NCBI RefSeq assembly: GCF_963924715.1
Contig: NC_089527.1
Span: 28,314,551-28,378,550 of the forward strand
DNA: 64,000 nucleotides
Source of the DNA: Thunnus thynnus
Lineage: Eukaryota
Direction: 5' to 3'
Shown here: piece by piece, positions 1 to 11,753 of the stretch
Layout of the letters: every line of letters begins with the position of its first letter
Position numbering within the stretch: the first letter of the stretch is position 1
The notes under the pieces: model-generated
What the model saw: only the letters and a program-made list of their open reading frames with translations
Told to the model about the DNA's origin: nothing
Database searches by the model: none
Made by a program: the position numbers and the translations under genes

Positions 1-2881
1 TTCACTACCATTGCCTTATCCTCCGCACCTCCCGAAAGAAACAAATATAAACAAATGTAACATATACTAGCAGCTAAATGCACGTAAATGCCGTTTAGCC
101 ACCTCTCAAATTCAGAAATAGTGTTTACACAAACTTTAATGACTTTACAACTGTTAGCTCAGACTGGCTTCCTACCGCAGTTTGTTACTGTTAACATTGA
201 CCAACAAAGCACCATGAGCTCCTGCTACGCAGGTGTTCAAAACAAACAAACCCTCCGCGTTGAAGCTAGCAGGCAGACTGGAGCTGCTTTCATGAGACAG
301 ACGAATGAATCAGAGTTCAGAAGATCATATATGACATTAACATGTGCGGCATCAAATAATAATAGTTAAAGTTGTGCTTCATGCTCTGTCAGATTTTTAA
401 AAGGAAGTTTTTAATATTTCCAGAGTGAGTGAAGGAATCAGGAGAGAGGAGACAGAAGTGAGGAAGCAGGATGTAAAGTTAAAGGTGTTGAAAGAAAAAC
501 AAGGAGAAAGTAAAGAACTGATTCAAGAAGGAAGAAGGTGCAACTGTTTCAAGATGTAAAGAAAAAGTTTAAGGAGGAAAGAGAAACACATAAAAGCAGC
601 CCAGGCATCAGGTGATGGAGAGACATGAACACATTCAAAGCAGGAGGCAGAAAAAACTAGTAAGGTCTAGATGAATGACTGTTCTGGTAAATATTTTTAA
701 AAACACAATCTGTTATCCAAACTAAAGGACATCCTAACAAACAAAAGTCAAAGTACAAGATTAAACCCTGCTATAAAAGGACTCACAGATCTTTAATACA
801 GGTAACGTTACTAACACCACACAACAGCTCTATTAACATGATGTTTTCCTAAGCTGTTAAAAGGTTGTTGACCTCAGTAACTCTTGTAAACACAGCACTA
901 AAACTAACAGATAGTTTCAGTTATTAGTCAACAAAATGCTGATTCATTGTTCATCTGACTGATTCATCTATCAGTCAAACTGTTGTCTTTAGGTTTGAGC
1001 AAATGAATTCCCCATAAGTCAGTTTTGTTATTTTGTTATATTTCAAAAACTGATCTGTATTCAGGACCATATACACCGTGTGAGAATCCAGATTTGTTTT
1101 TAAGATCAAGACTGATCGGTCCATCTATCCATCCATAAAGCCTCTATTTATTTATGTGTTGTAAATAAATATTGTTAATATTTAAAAATTAGGTAAATAA
1201 ATATTGTTGATATTTATTTACCTAATTTTTGTGCACTTGTTTCATTTCAAGGCGGGAAGTAATGGCTTCAATAAAATTCATAAATTGAATTATTCATATG
1301 TTGACACTGTTTGCTGTCAACTGTTTGTTCATCTGAATTCTGCGTTCTGCATTTGCAAACAAAATGAAAAAAGTAAATTATAGCCATTTTTACCTTGACA
1401 AGTGACTTTCGTGCAACTGAAAGGTAAATTTACTTGTCCGATGGACAAGTGCCTCAGGAGGTTAATGTCAAGCCCTGCCTCATTGAAATGACTAAAAGCA
1501 GAGGCTTCAGAATTTGTCAAGACAGAGTGGGTCAAGGCAGGCAGGACTCAATTTTCATGAAAAAGGTAATGCAGTCAAGGCTGACTCACCTTGGTATTTT
1601 CATGGCCAGAGGGAGTAGAAAGAACCCATTATCATAAACTATCATGTACATTATAGGTAGGTTGGTTTCAGAGGTTGGTGACAGTCGTGGCTAATCACAT
1701 TCACATTCACCCTTTTTGTCCAATTTAAAAGCAGGGCTCTCCCTGACATGATGCAGTGTTTTCTAGGAGATAACCTCAACTCATACTCTTACCCAGGATG
1801 ATTTTCATCGGACTGTCTAATGTTTCTACAAAAAGCAGCATATGCCATCATTTGAAATATACTATATCTGCATAAAAGTCTACACATAAGGGCTTAAAGT
1901 TGAATTTCTGGATATTGAAAACAAGATGGTCAACATGATGCACCGTTTGACTTAAAATCACAATCATAGACGCACTATCCACATTTGCAGTTACAAATCC
2001 TACTGTAACGCATATAAATAAAACTAAAATTAAAAACATCATTACTATACTGTAGATTGTATTATCTTGTTTTCTTTTTTTTAATTTATCATTATTGTTT
2101 ACATTTAGTTCTTTTTATTTAGATGCAGCTGTTTTCACATGCAAAAAGAAATACTGGGAACAATAAAATTGCCTTTTCAATTCTACTTTCCATTAATTGG
2201 CAATTATCATAATGATCTTTTGCAATCCACAAAATGCAGATTTTATTTTTTCGGTCATATCATTATAAATTTTAACCATCAGTGCTATGTGAACAATTAT
2301 CATTCTATTTCACTTCATCATGCTGGTCAAAGCAGCCCCATGTCTATTTGCCCAGATTTTGCCCAACTCATTTAAATGAAGAGTATAAAGAATAAACCAA
2401 GGATCACTATAATTAGTCTCTGATGCTATTTCACTTGTGCTCACATCATCCGCCTGCTGCTCTGACTCCAGGGCGGCTGCTGTGTCTTCTTCCCTTTCCT
2501 CTCCAGCACAGCTAGCCTCTCCCACTCCACTTATCTTCAGGCTGGGTCTCTCCTCCTCCCTGACACAGCTACTTCCATCTCCAGACTCAGCTGCTTCTGT
2601 CAGGACATGTTGTGTTAGATTTTAAACAAGCTAATAATTGGATGTTAAAGTTAAAGCTAGGTGGTAGCTATTAGTGGCTGTGTTTGTAGTGGCTAGATGT
2701 TAAACCAGTATGTCAAGGAAAATTATGAAGATAAAAGATAACAAGCTTTTATGTGACTCACAAATACTATATAAAGTTTTCACAAATATGTACTTTTAAA
2801 AATTAGTCCAGCAGATTATTTATTATTTATTTTATTCAGAAAAATGCATACTGTACTTTTTTGAATAATATATATAATTGG

Positions 2882-2882
<1 letters not shown>

Positions 2883-2910
<28 letters not shown>
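2883..2910. repeat. (TA)n microsatellite.
   Basis: tatatatata... 14 units. Confidence 0.9.
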
Positions 2911-2916
<6 letters not shown>

Positions 2917-3059
2917 GCCATCTCCAGAAGAAATCGCACAGTCTATGTCTGCCTTAACCAAACTACCTATAAGCCTAATCATACTAAATCAGACATGGCG
3001 AGCCCAGCCACGTCTGAATCCTAAAGTTGAAGAGACCTCTTTGAGAACCTGGAATCAGT

Positions 3060-3700
3060 GTTGGGGTATATGACTGAAGAGTTGGTGCCTGGCTTTGCAA
3101 CTCAGCTGAAAGAGAAGCTGCACGACTACAGGAAGGGGACAAAACCCTTTGACAGCAACTTGAACAGGCTTTAGCCAGAGCAGAAGCGCCGCAGGCTCAA
3201 TGTAATGCACCAGATGAGGGTGCTAGTGAGCCTCCAGAAGAAGGAGGGAAAGCTGAGTTGAAGGGAAAGAGCGAAAGGCTAGAACAATCCCTCCGAGAAT
3301 GTAATCATGAGCTCGCCACAACAATAGATCGACTTGACAGGCCTGATAACCTCCTTAAGTGGGCAGTAGAGGAAATAAAAGAACTGAAAGCTAAGGTCGG
3401 AGTCTATGCCAAATTTAGAGAAGCTGACCATAAGTACATACGAGACATACGATAGCAACCACAGATAGCCAGGGACAGAGCTAAGGTGTCCCATCAGCAA
3501 CCTGAAACCAAAGAGGAAGAATTGGTAGATGTTAAAGGAGAACTACAACATTCTTTTGAATAAGGTCAAAACCAACAAGAGCCTTTTAATGAAGCTTTCC
3601 ATGAGGAAAGGAAAGAGGTAAGACCCCCTAGGGGCGTTCAAGGAGGCTTGTCCTCACCACTGCTCAGTGGTGCATGAAGCCACCTGTGCGGCCCATAGAG
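3060..3700 (+). other. Decayed coiled-coil-like coding fragment of unknown origin (duplicated at 34330-34960).
   Basis: Reads ..ERLEQSLRECNHELATTIDRLDRPDNLLKWAVEEIKELKAKVGVYAKFREADHKYIRDI.., then continues in shifted frames after stops. No splice-site structure could be assigned. Confidence 0.3.
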
Positions 3701-4540
3701 CAAGCGCACTAGTGACTTACGCCGGCCGGGCTTCTGGTTTAGCCCTCTGGCTAACTTGAATGGGGATAAAATAATTCAATCGTGCAGCTCTTCTAGACTT
3801 TCAAAATGTGATTGGACCGAACGGATCAAATTATGAGAGTGAAACCAGTCATTTCACAGGAGTTGTGACGCTCAAAAAATGTATCCACTGATTTACAAAC
3901 GTCTCTCTCACAATGTTAGTCGATGGAAAAAATCTTTTTGGGCCAGTGTGCATCATGTGATGTTGCAGTTACCCGGTTTGGCCACTATGTCAAATTTACT
4001 TCAAAGCCCAGCACTCTTCCTGTATCCAGTTTGCCCAGTGTTTTCCCTCCTGTATTCTCAGCCTGCTTTTCCCTCCACTCTTCCCTTCTCACCTGCCTGC
4101 ATCATCTTCATTAGTCCTGCCCTTTTCCCAGAATTTTCCCAGCCTATCAGCTTCTTTTATGTTCTTCTGTTTCATCTCCTCAGTCCCCTCACTCAAGTTT
4201 CTCTGCCCATCTGCCCACCTGCACCTCATCTCCTCATTATTTCAGTTAGTATTTCAGTTCTGTGTTTCAGTTCAGTCTTGTTGGATCCTTTGTTCTGTAA
4301 AGTTCTGCTCTGTTCAGTCTGGTTTTGTTCTGCTGTATTAAAGAGACTTCTTTCAGTTCGGTCTAGTTGTTTTGTCCTGCATTTGGGTCCACCTGCTCTG
4401 CTACTCCTGACAGCTATTTGCTTTAAAATGATACTGGAAGCTGTAATTACTGAAAATGTACATTTTAAAAGTTTTAAAATGGTATTTGAGATAAGTGACT
4501 GAATAAACATAAATGTGACATGTCTTTTGATTTATTTCAG

Positions 4541-4687
4541 ACTCCGTTGTCATAAACAACCTGACTGAGGTTCTCCAGTACAGTAATAACAACCTTTCTT
4601 CCGTGTCTGAAGAGAGAGAACTGCTGCTTGCCAACCTCACTGAAATAACTAAAGAGATGGAAAAGCTTCAGAGTTTGTCTGTACAGA
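4541..4687 (+). CDS. Gene A neck (coiled-coil) exon 1, 147 nt, phase 1/1.
   Basis: AG acceptor tttatttcag|ac, donor caga|gtaagt. Encodes DSVVINNLTEVLQYSNNNLSSVSEERELLLANLTEITKEMEKLQSLSVQ with heptad leucines and NLT glycosylation sites. The minus-strand ORF in the track is its antisense artefact. Confidence 0.7.
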
Positions 4688-5303
4688 GTAAGTGACATCT
4701 GTGGCTATACAGTACTGCCCAGCACTGTTCCTGTATCCAGATCTCTTTATACATCCATGGGAGCTACCAGCTTGAGTTTGCCCTGTGTGTTTCCTCCTGT
4801 ATTCTCAGCCTGCTTTTCCTTCCACTCTTCCCTTCTCACCTGCCTGCATCATCCTCATTAGCCCTGTCCTTTTCCCAGTGTTTTCCCAGCTTATCAGCTT
4901 CTTTTCCGTTCTTCTGTTTCATCTCTTAATTTCCCTCACCCATCTGCCCATCTGCACCTCGTCTCCTCATTATTTCAGTTAGTATTTCAGTCCTGTGTTT
5001 CAGTTCAGTCTTGTTGGATCCTTTGTTCTGTTAAGTTCTGCTCTGTTCAGTCTGGTTTTGTTTTGTTCCATTTTGCTGTGCCTGCACACCTGTATCCTTC
5101 TTAAAGAGACTTCTTTCAGTTCGGTCTGGCTGTTTTGTCCTGCATTTGGGTCCACCTGCTCCACTACTCCTGACAGCTATTTGCTTTAAAATGATACTGG
5201 AAGCTGTAATAACTAAAAATGTTCATTTTAAAAGTTTTAAAATGGTATTTGAGATAAGTGACTGAATAAACATAAATGTGACATGTCTTTTGGTTTATTT
5301 CAG

Positions 5304-5450
5304 ATTCTGTTGTCATAAACAACCTGACTGAGCGTCTCCAGGACAGTAATAACAAGCTTTCTTCCATGTCTGAAGAGAGAGACCTGCTGCTTGCCAACCT
5401 CACTGAAAAGACTAAAGAGATGGAAAAGCTTCAGAGTTTGTCTGTACAGA
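5304..5450 (+). CDS. Gene A neck exon 2, 147 nt, phase 1/1.
   Basis: Tandem copy of the exon-plus-upstream-intron module at 3990-4690. Acceptor tttatttcag|at, donor caga|gtgagt. Encodes ..SVVINNLTERLQDSNNKLSSMSEERDLLLANLTEKTKEMEKLQSLSVQ. Confidence 0.7.
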
Positions 5451-5689
5451 GTGAGTGACATCTGTGGCTATACAGTACTGCACACACATTGTAGAAGAGC
5501 AACTGCAGAGAACACTATGCTGAAAATAGAAGATGTTGTGGCAATCTGTCCTATTAATTATACAAATGATCTTCAATCAACAAGTTTGTTGTAACTTGTT
5601 GATTGTAACTGTAAAATAACTTTGTGGATTTGTTCGTGTATTTACTCCGCTTCAAACATTTTAAAATTTTTGTCATCAGGAAATTCCAA

Positions 5690-6180
5690 ACACCGTCAAC
5701 ATTTAGCATGTTAGCATTCTAACCAATAATATCATGCTAACATGCTAAATGTGACTTTTGTAACACGCTACAGTAAGTTTAGCATGTTACAATGCAAAAT
5801 GTGGTAACACTTGATATGACGCCCATGATTATAATACATTATAAACATACTTGTAATGCAGTGTAATCTGCTTATAGCACTGTATAATTATAGTTCTAAG
5901 CACTCATAAATATTCATAATGCTTTATAAGAATAATCATAACACATTATTATGTATTCTATAATTACTTATAAGACTAAGTATCATAATACTTCATAATT
6001 GCTGATCACTCACTGACCTTTTTTTTTCATAGTGATCATAGTGTATTATAATTCTCATAGTTGTAATGCATTATAAAATGATTATAATGTCTCAATAACC
6101 ACTGTTATGAAGCATTAAAATGTGATTGTAAGTTACTCTAAGTGGTTATTGTTTGCTTGTTAAGTCAAGTAAAAAATAAA
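5690..6180. repeat. Unclassified AT-rich interspersed repeat (the 'cattataa' family). It is the left arm of an inverted pair whose right arm is 7850-8300.
   Basis: Starts with the palindromic catgttagcat...atgctaacatg. The body 5820-6180 is the reverse complement of 7850-8300. Family members also occur at 6770-6960, 14520-15000, 37090-37500, 39130-39560, 49560-50070 and 60640-60960. Confidence 0.7.
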
Positions 6181-7849
6181 ATCATTAAATCTATGCAAAA
6201 ACACTCAGGACCCTATTTTAACGATCTAAGCTCACGGTCTGAAGGTTTTAATTGCTGAAAGTATGGAAACCTGATCACTGTAATCTCAAAAATGTTAAAG
6301 ATTATTTGTTAAATATTGTCCAAAAATTAAAACATTAATTTTAATCATATAGAAAATCATCATACACAGTTGTCAGGACTTGATCAGCTCTCCCAGGTGC
6401 TGATCCTGCTGCTGGCAGCAGCTAAGAGCTGTGCACCATTCTTTCCTTCTTTAGATTAATCATTGTTTTCACTTAATTTATTTCCCCATGTGTTCCTCAT
6501 GTCCTCATGTATTGATGAGCAGGAAATCCATGTCTGATTCGTTGTTGAAATCCGTTTGCTGGGTCTGACACACACCGTCAACCTGACAGGTTTGTTTAAA
6601 TACCTCCGTGTGTTGCCAAGATATGGTCAAATAATTAGACAATTTCGTCCGTCATTATTGCAATTAATTAATTCTGATAAATATTAGGACTAACCATTAT
6701 GACATGTATTTTTTCAAATATGCTAATGTACACAACAATATTCTTTCACAATATAATCCTTTCTGTGCATTATAAAATGATTATAATGTCTCAATAATCA
6801 CTGTTATGATGCATTAAAATGTGATTGTAAGTTACTTTAAGTGGTTATTGTTTGCTTGTTAAGTCAAGTAAAGAAAATATCATTAAATCTATGCAAAAAC
6901 ACTCAGGACCCTATTTTAACGATCTAAGCGCACGGTCTGAAGGTTTTAATTGCTGAAAGTATGGAAACCTGATCACTGTAATCTCAAAAATGTTAAAGAT
7001 TATTTGTTAAATATTGTCCAAAAATTAATTAAAATTAAAATTAATTAATTCTGATAAATATTAGGACTAACCATTATGACATGTATTTTTTAAAATATGT
7101 TAATGTACACAACAATATTCTTTCACAATATAATCCTTTCTGTGATCTTTGCATGTTTGGGCGCTGCTGTGTGTCTGTGTGTGTATGCGTGTTGTTCACC
7201 TGCCTATGTAGGCATATTACTGTCTTGATAATGCGCCTTAAAAATAACAGTGAAATACTGTACCATCGACCAGGTTTTTGTTGCTCAATAACGAAATCGA
7301 TTTCTGCTGCTTCAAGATAGCAATGCACCAACAATGCGCCCGACCACACCTCATTTTAAGACCAACACGCCCATGGGCACTGAGATGGGCACAAGTGGTA
7401 GTGCTATTTAAACTACGTGGGTGCCTAAACTAGCAAAGACTTACCGGGTGTAAGATGGGGCCCAAAATGTTGTAAAATTAAGTTGTCATCACTTCATTGT
7501 GTCATAACACACAATGAAGTGAGTACTCCCGTTTGACAATGAACAACTGAATGATGGACATTTACAATTCACTAATGTAAGTGAGAAATACTGCCTACAC
7601 TCATAATTTGAAAATTAGCTATATTGGCTCAAAAAAACAAGTAACTTTGACTCAGAAAAATATATTACATAGAATAATATTACTGTATTGTTTGTTTATA
7701 TTTCATAAGTGTTATATTTAGACTTGGTCCTCAAAATGAGTTGAAGTGAATGAGGAGCCTGACACCTGGGAGGAATGGTGGTGTTGACAGCAGATGACAG
7801 GGACAGTAGTGGACAAATAAATTAATTTTACAATGTTTTGTGTTCTTGC

Positions 7850-8300
7850 ATAGATGTAATGGTATTTTTCACTTAAAGCAAACAATGACCACTTATAGTG
7901 ACTTATAACCAGCTTGTAATGTATTATATCTACCTATTCCTCAGGAATTTCATAACTTCACTTAAAACACCCAATGACCACTTAGAGTAACTTATAATCA
8001 CATTTTAATGCATTATAACAGTGATGTTAATGCATTATAAAATGATTATAATGTATCACAACTATGAGAATTATAAAACACTATGACCCTTGCAAAAAAT
8101 GTCAGCGTGTGACCAGCAATGAAGTATTATGATACTTGGCGTTATAAGTCATTATAAAATGCTTTATAATGTGTTATGATTATTGTTATAAAGCATTATG
8201 AATATTTGAGTGCTTATAACATAATTATACAGCTATAAGCAGATTATAATGCATTATAAATATGTTTAAAGTGTTACTCAAATAGTTATGTGTATCACAT
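7850..8300. repeat. Inverted copy of the 5820-6180 repeat.
   Basis: The reverse complement aligns collinearly with 5820-6180. Confidence 0.7.
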
Positions 8301-10009
8301 GTAATTAACTTTGTTCAACCCTGAAAATTGCCACTAAAATGATCCTGAAACAAATGTTTCCACATCACTCTGAGGTAATTCATCACTTGACCAGGATTAG
8401 CTTCCAAACTACTTGTGATGTCACAAATCATGCTGGTAAACTCAGATTTAAGGTGAGAAGGTGAGCACAGAGAGACTTTCCCCTTCAGATGATGAATGTG
8501 AAAACAAACTGCACATACATCATTCAGCACAGTAAAGCACAGACAGTACAGTTAGTACAGTAGACGTCTAGAAAAGTTTTACTTTTTAACCAAATATACA
8601 AAAGATCTGACTTCAAAGTGAACATAAAGTGGCTTGTATATCATTAGTTATATCATAAATTCAAGCACCTTATTTGATCCGAGTCATCAGGACATAAGTA
8701 GTGAAGTATCCTACTTCAGTATCTCGGAGTTAACTACTTACTTAACTATTTGTGTTTTAAGACAGCATCCCCAAATGTTAAGGTGCCTTACAGGTTGTCA
8801 TATTTTTGGTCTGTAGCCAAAAATCACATAACAAATTATGCTGATTGAAAACTAGTTTTTATGGAAGATCAATATGCTGTGTATCAATATGTTGTGTACA
8901 ATAACAAAACTATGATTGTAGTGGGTAGTTTAATATATTTAAAGAAATAGCTAAGATATTTTTATTTTATTTAAAACAAAGAATTACTGATCTAGTGTAT
9001 ACTTTTATTGAAGAAGGATGCTTCCTCTTCCACTGGTCCAACGTTACTCAGAAGTACTTCAGACAATCTCTGGTTGTCTTATTCAAAACAAAGCACTCAC
9101 AAGTCCAGTTTTAGAGACCTGCACCTGACTTGACCTGTTAATGTAACATGAAACCTGACCTATAATCAACAGACTACACACTCAGTTAACAACACTTTAT
9201 TTGTTACTTTCACATGACCAAAAAACAAGTCAGGTTAGCCTTAACTAGGATAAACAGATGTTTGCTTAATAACACAAAGATCCCTGGTTTAACTGTAGGC
9301 TGATTTAAAGTTTTATAAAAGGATTAAAGGATTGATGATTTTTTGAGCAACCTGGTGCAAGACTCTGACTCAAATGTAATGTTAGTGGTGGTATTACATG
9401 AAATTTTGTTGATTTAAATTTTACTTTCATCTGGTGGTGTGAAAGCTGAGCTTTGTGAGATCCTTGTATGATGATTTAAAACATGTTGTGATTGGAGACA
9501 CAAAGCTTTTGCCACTCGCTTTGGAAAAACTGCTGAGAATGGTTTCAAAGCATTTTATACATTCAAAGGGAGGCATCTGCTGGCCAAACCTTGGTATTGA
9601 GCTCATGATCCAACAGTGAGTCAAACTAGCTGTCAAAGAAAGGGAGCGGGAGATTTTGAGATTTGAGATTTTGATAAATCCATGTGTTTATTTCTGTGGT
9701 GTCATCCAGTGTTAGTATCCCACCTCAAAATCTGACATGGAGACACAGAAAGAATGAGCTGAAATCAACAGTTTGATCCATTATCTTCAAATAAAAACTG
9801 ATGTCATCAAAATAATTTGAAAGATGCAATAATCACAAAAATTGTATGCATACCACAGAACTGCAGCTAAAAATCAGCACCAGAAATGCTCCATAGTTGG
9901 TAGAATATCAACAAGTCAACTCTAGTCACATGTTATGTTGTTTTAACCCTCATACTCTGGAAACAGACAGACTTGATTCTTGTCTAATTTCTAATGTTGT
10001 GTGTTACAG

Positions 10010-10152
10010 AGAAAACTTGTCCTGCAGGATGGAGGATGTTCGGCTGTTCCTGTTATTTCCTCTCCAGTGAGTCTGGTTCCTGGTCAAGAGGCAGACAGGA
10101 CTGCAGAGAGAAAGGAGCAGATCTGGTGGTTATAGACAGCACTAAAGAACAG
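10010..10152 (+). CDS. Gene A CTLD exon 1.
   Basis: Acceptor tgttacag|ag, donor cag|gtacag. Encodes (K)KTCPAGWRMFGCSCYFLSSESGSWSRGRQDCREKGADLVVIDSTKEQ, with the CPxGW and WxxxxxxC..GAxLxxIxS hallmarks of C-type lectin domains. Confidence 0.8.
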
Positions 10153-10675
10153 GTACAGAGTGTTTGTTTGTATGCTTGCAAAGAAACTGCCTAATTGCAA
10201 TCTTCCTGTACCTTGAAAAAAGCTAAAATACTTAATTATTAATTAAGTAATTAATTGATTTATATGGATCATTGGTGTTCAACACCTTAACAACAATAAT
10301 TCAAATGATTTGAATGAACTTGTGCTGCTCTGTAGCATGTTTTGCTGGTATTCTTGAATTTGCACATTTGCCTTAAAATCAAAGTATTTCATTTCATCTT
10401 TAGCAAGCTAGCTAACATTCTTTTAACCTTTCACTATGTTTTAATCAAACTCCAGAAGCAGTCACTTATACACTGTAAGTATTTAATCAATACAGATCTG
10501 TGTATCAGTTTAAGAAAAAACATGATGATGTCATTAAATATTAAAGGAGTAAAGAAGGACTGTGCAGATGAGATTCTAAACAAAACAAAAGGGCACGCCA
10601 AAAAAGTTTTTTAAAAAAATCTAAAATTTAAATTTATCAAGAAAAAAAAATATGATCTTGTTATTAGTATATTTC

Positions 10676-10676
<1 letters not shown>

Positions 10677-10748
<72 letters not shown>
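10677..10748. repeat. (AAT)n microsatellite in CTLD intron 1 of gene A.
   Basis: About 23 units. The homologous position in B and C has only a short remnant. Confidence 0.9.
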
Positions 10749-10752
<4 letters not shown>

Positions 10753-10855
10753 TAGCTTAATTCATTATTATCAAATATGTTCAGAGTAATCCTATGTAAA
10801 CTGCATATTGTTGTTATAAATAGTATGACTTTTTTCCCTTCTTGATTGAAAACAG

Positions 10856-10965
10856 ACATTCTTGACTACCTTCACTGACGAAGAAACTTGGAGTTGGATT
10901 GGTTTGACTGACAGAGACAAAGAGGGAACCTGGAAATGGATTGATGGAACACCACTGACTTCAAG
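10856..10965 (+). CDS. Gene A CTLD exon 2.
   Basis: Acceptor aaaacag|ac, donor caag|gtttgg. Encodes TFLTTFTDEETWSWIGLTDRDKEGTWKWIDGTPLTS (WIGLxD...EGxWxWxDG motif). Confidence 0.8.
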
Positions 10966-11602
10966 GTTTGGCTTCAGTTGGTTGTTTATTGACAACATAC
11001 ACAATCACTGCTGTATATTAGAGGTTGGTGATATGTATTACATCTTCTATCACAGACAATGTGAGGTGACTGGCAGTTCCAGGTTGGTCTGAAGCTTTTC
11101 TGGTTAAATCATCAGTGCAAAATGATAATTATGAGAAAAAATCAAACCAAACTACCATTTCATGGTGTATCTGAGACGGAGTTTCTGGTCCACAGTCAAG
11201 TTTTACACTTCACCAAACATAAATTATAATAGATAAAAATGTCATAAATCAGTTTACTTTTCGATTCTTGAGCAATCTGGTAGAATTCAACATCTATGGT
11301 GGAACTAAAACTTTTACACAGTACTGTAACTGATGACCAGAACACTATGGGGGTCTTTATTTATACAGGAGGATCCTTTGTTGCTATTTGATGACTGCAA
11401 ATTTACATTTAGGAAAAATACTACAGTGAACCTGCAGCACTGTTCAATTTGCTACTTTATGGCTCAAAACTATACTAAGGCACATCATGCAAGATAAAAG
11501 AAATTCCATTCTGTGATGTTTGTGAAGAAATATTATTTGTGTGAAGGACTGTGTTCATGTCAGAGATTAAGTGTCACGATTCTCTTGTTCACTGACCTGT
11601 AG

Positions 11603-11753
11603 GTACTGGGAAACAAATGAGCCTAATAATGGAGGTGTCGGTGAAGAGGACTGTGCACATATCAGGACTGGCAAGAAAACTGAAGACAACTGGAATGATC
11701 TGTCATGTGATGCTTCTCTGCGGTGGATCTGTGAGAAAAATGCTGGTGTATAA
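11603..11753 (+). CDS. Gene A CTLD exon 3 with stop. Carries an EPN Ca/sugar-site motif.
   Basis: Acceptor ctgtag|g. Encodes (R)YWETNEPNNGGVGEEDCAHIRTGKKTEDNWNDLSCDASLRWICEKNAGV* with EPN, WND and three conserved Cys. TAA at 11751-11753. Confidence 0.8.

Noticed and set aside
88-369. 93-aa ORF repeated at 29228-29527.
   Set aside because: The two copies differ mostly by non-synonymous changes (IVFTQ/IAFMQ, FLPQFV/FLLQLV, KQTL/KRTL), so no coding constraint is apparent. It lies in the duplicated intronic block.
2310-2525. Acidic minus-strand ORF (..EQQADDVSTSEIASETNYSDPWF..) and neighbouring ORFs at 1848-2042 and 2139-2375.
   Set aside because: No recognisable domain. They are interrupted by stops in adjacent frames and lie in the duplicated intronic block. 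This may be TE debris but is unsupported.
3879-4502. 207-aa plus-strand ORF (MYPLIYKRLSHNVSRWKK...), the longest plus-strand ORF in the track (second-longest overall, after the 338-aa ERV integrase).
   Set aside because: Runs through a pyrimidine-rich intronic module that is tandemly repeated. The composition is low-complexity (S/L/F/P-rich), there is no splice logic, and the real exon at 4541-4687 lies downstream in a different frame.
4401-4640. Minus-strand ORFs overlapping neck exons (MRLASSSSLSSDTEERLL...). Similar ones occur at 5164-5403, 35713-35973 and 47376-47636.
   Set aside because: These are antisense reading frames of the genuine plus-strand neck exons. They occur wherever the exon occurs.
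5820-8300. Regularly spaced short repeats (cattataa / gattataatg) that superficially resemble a repeat-spacer array.
   Set aside because: This is a eukaryotic locus. The units are of variable length and diverged, and they are part of an interspersed AT-rich repeat family present in at least six places. It is not a CRISPR array.
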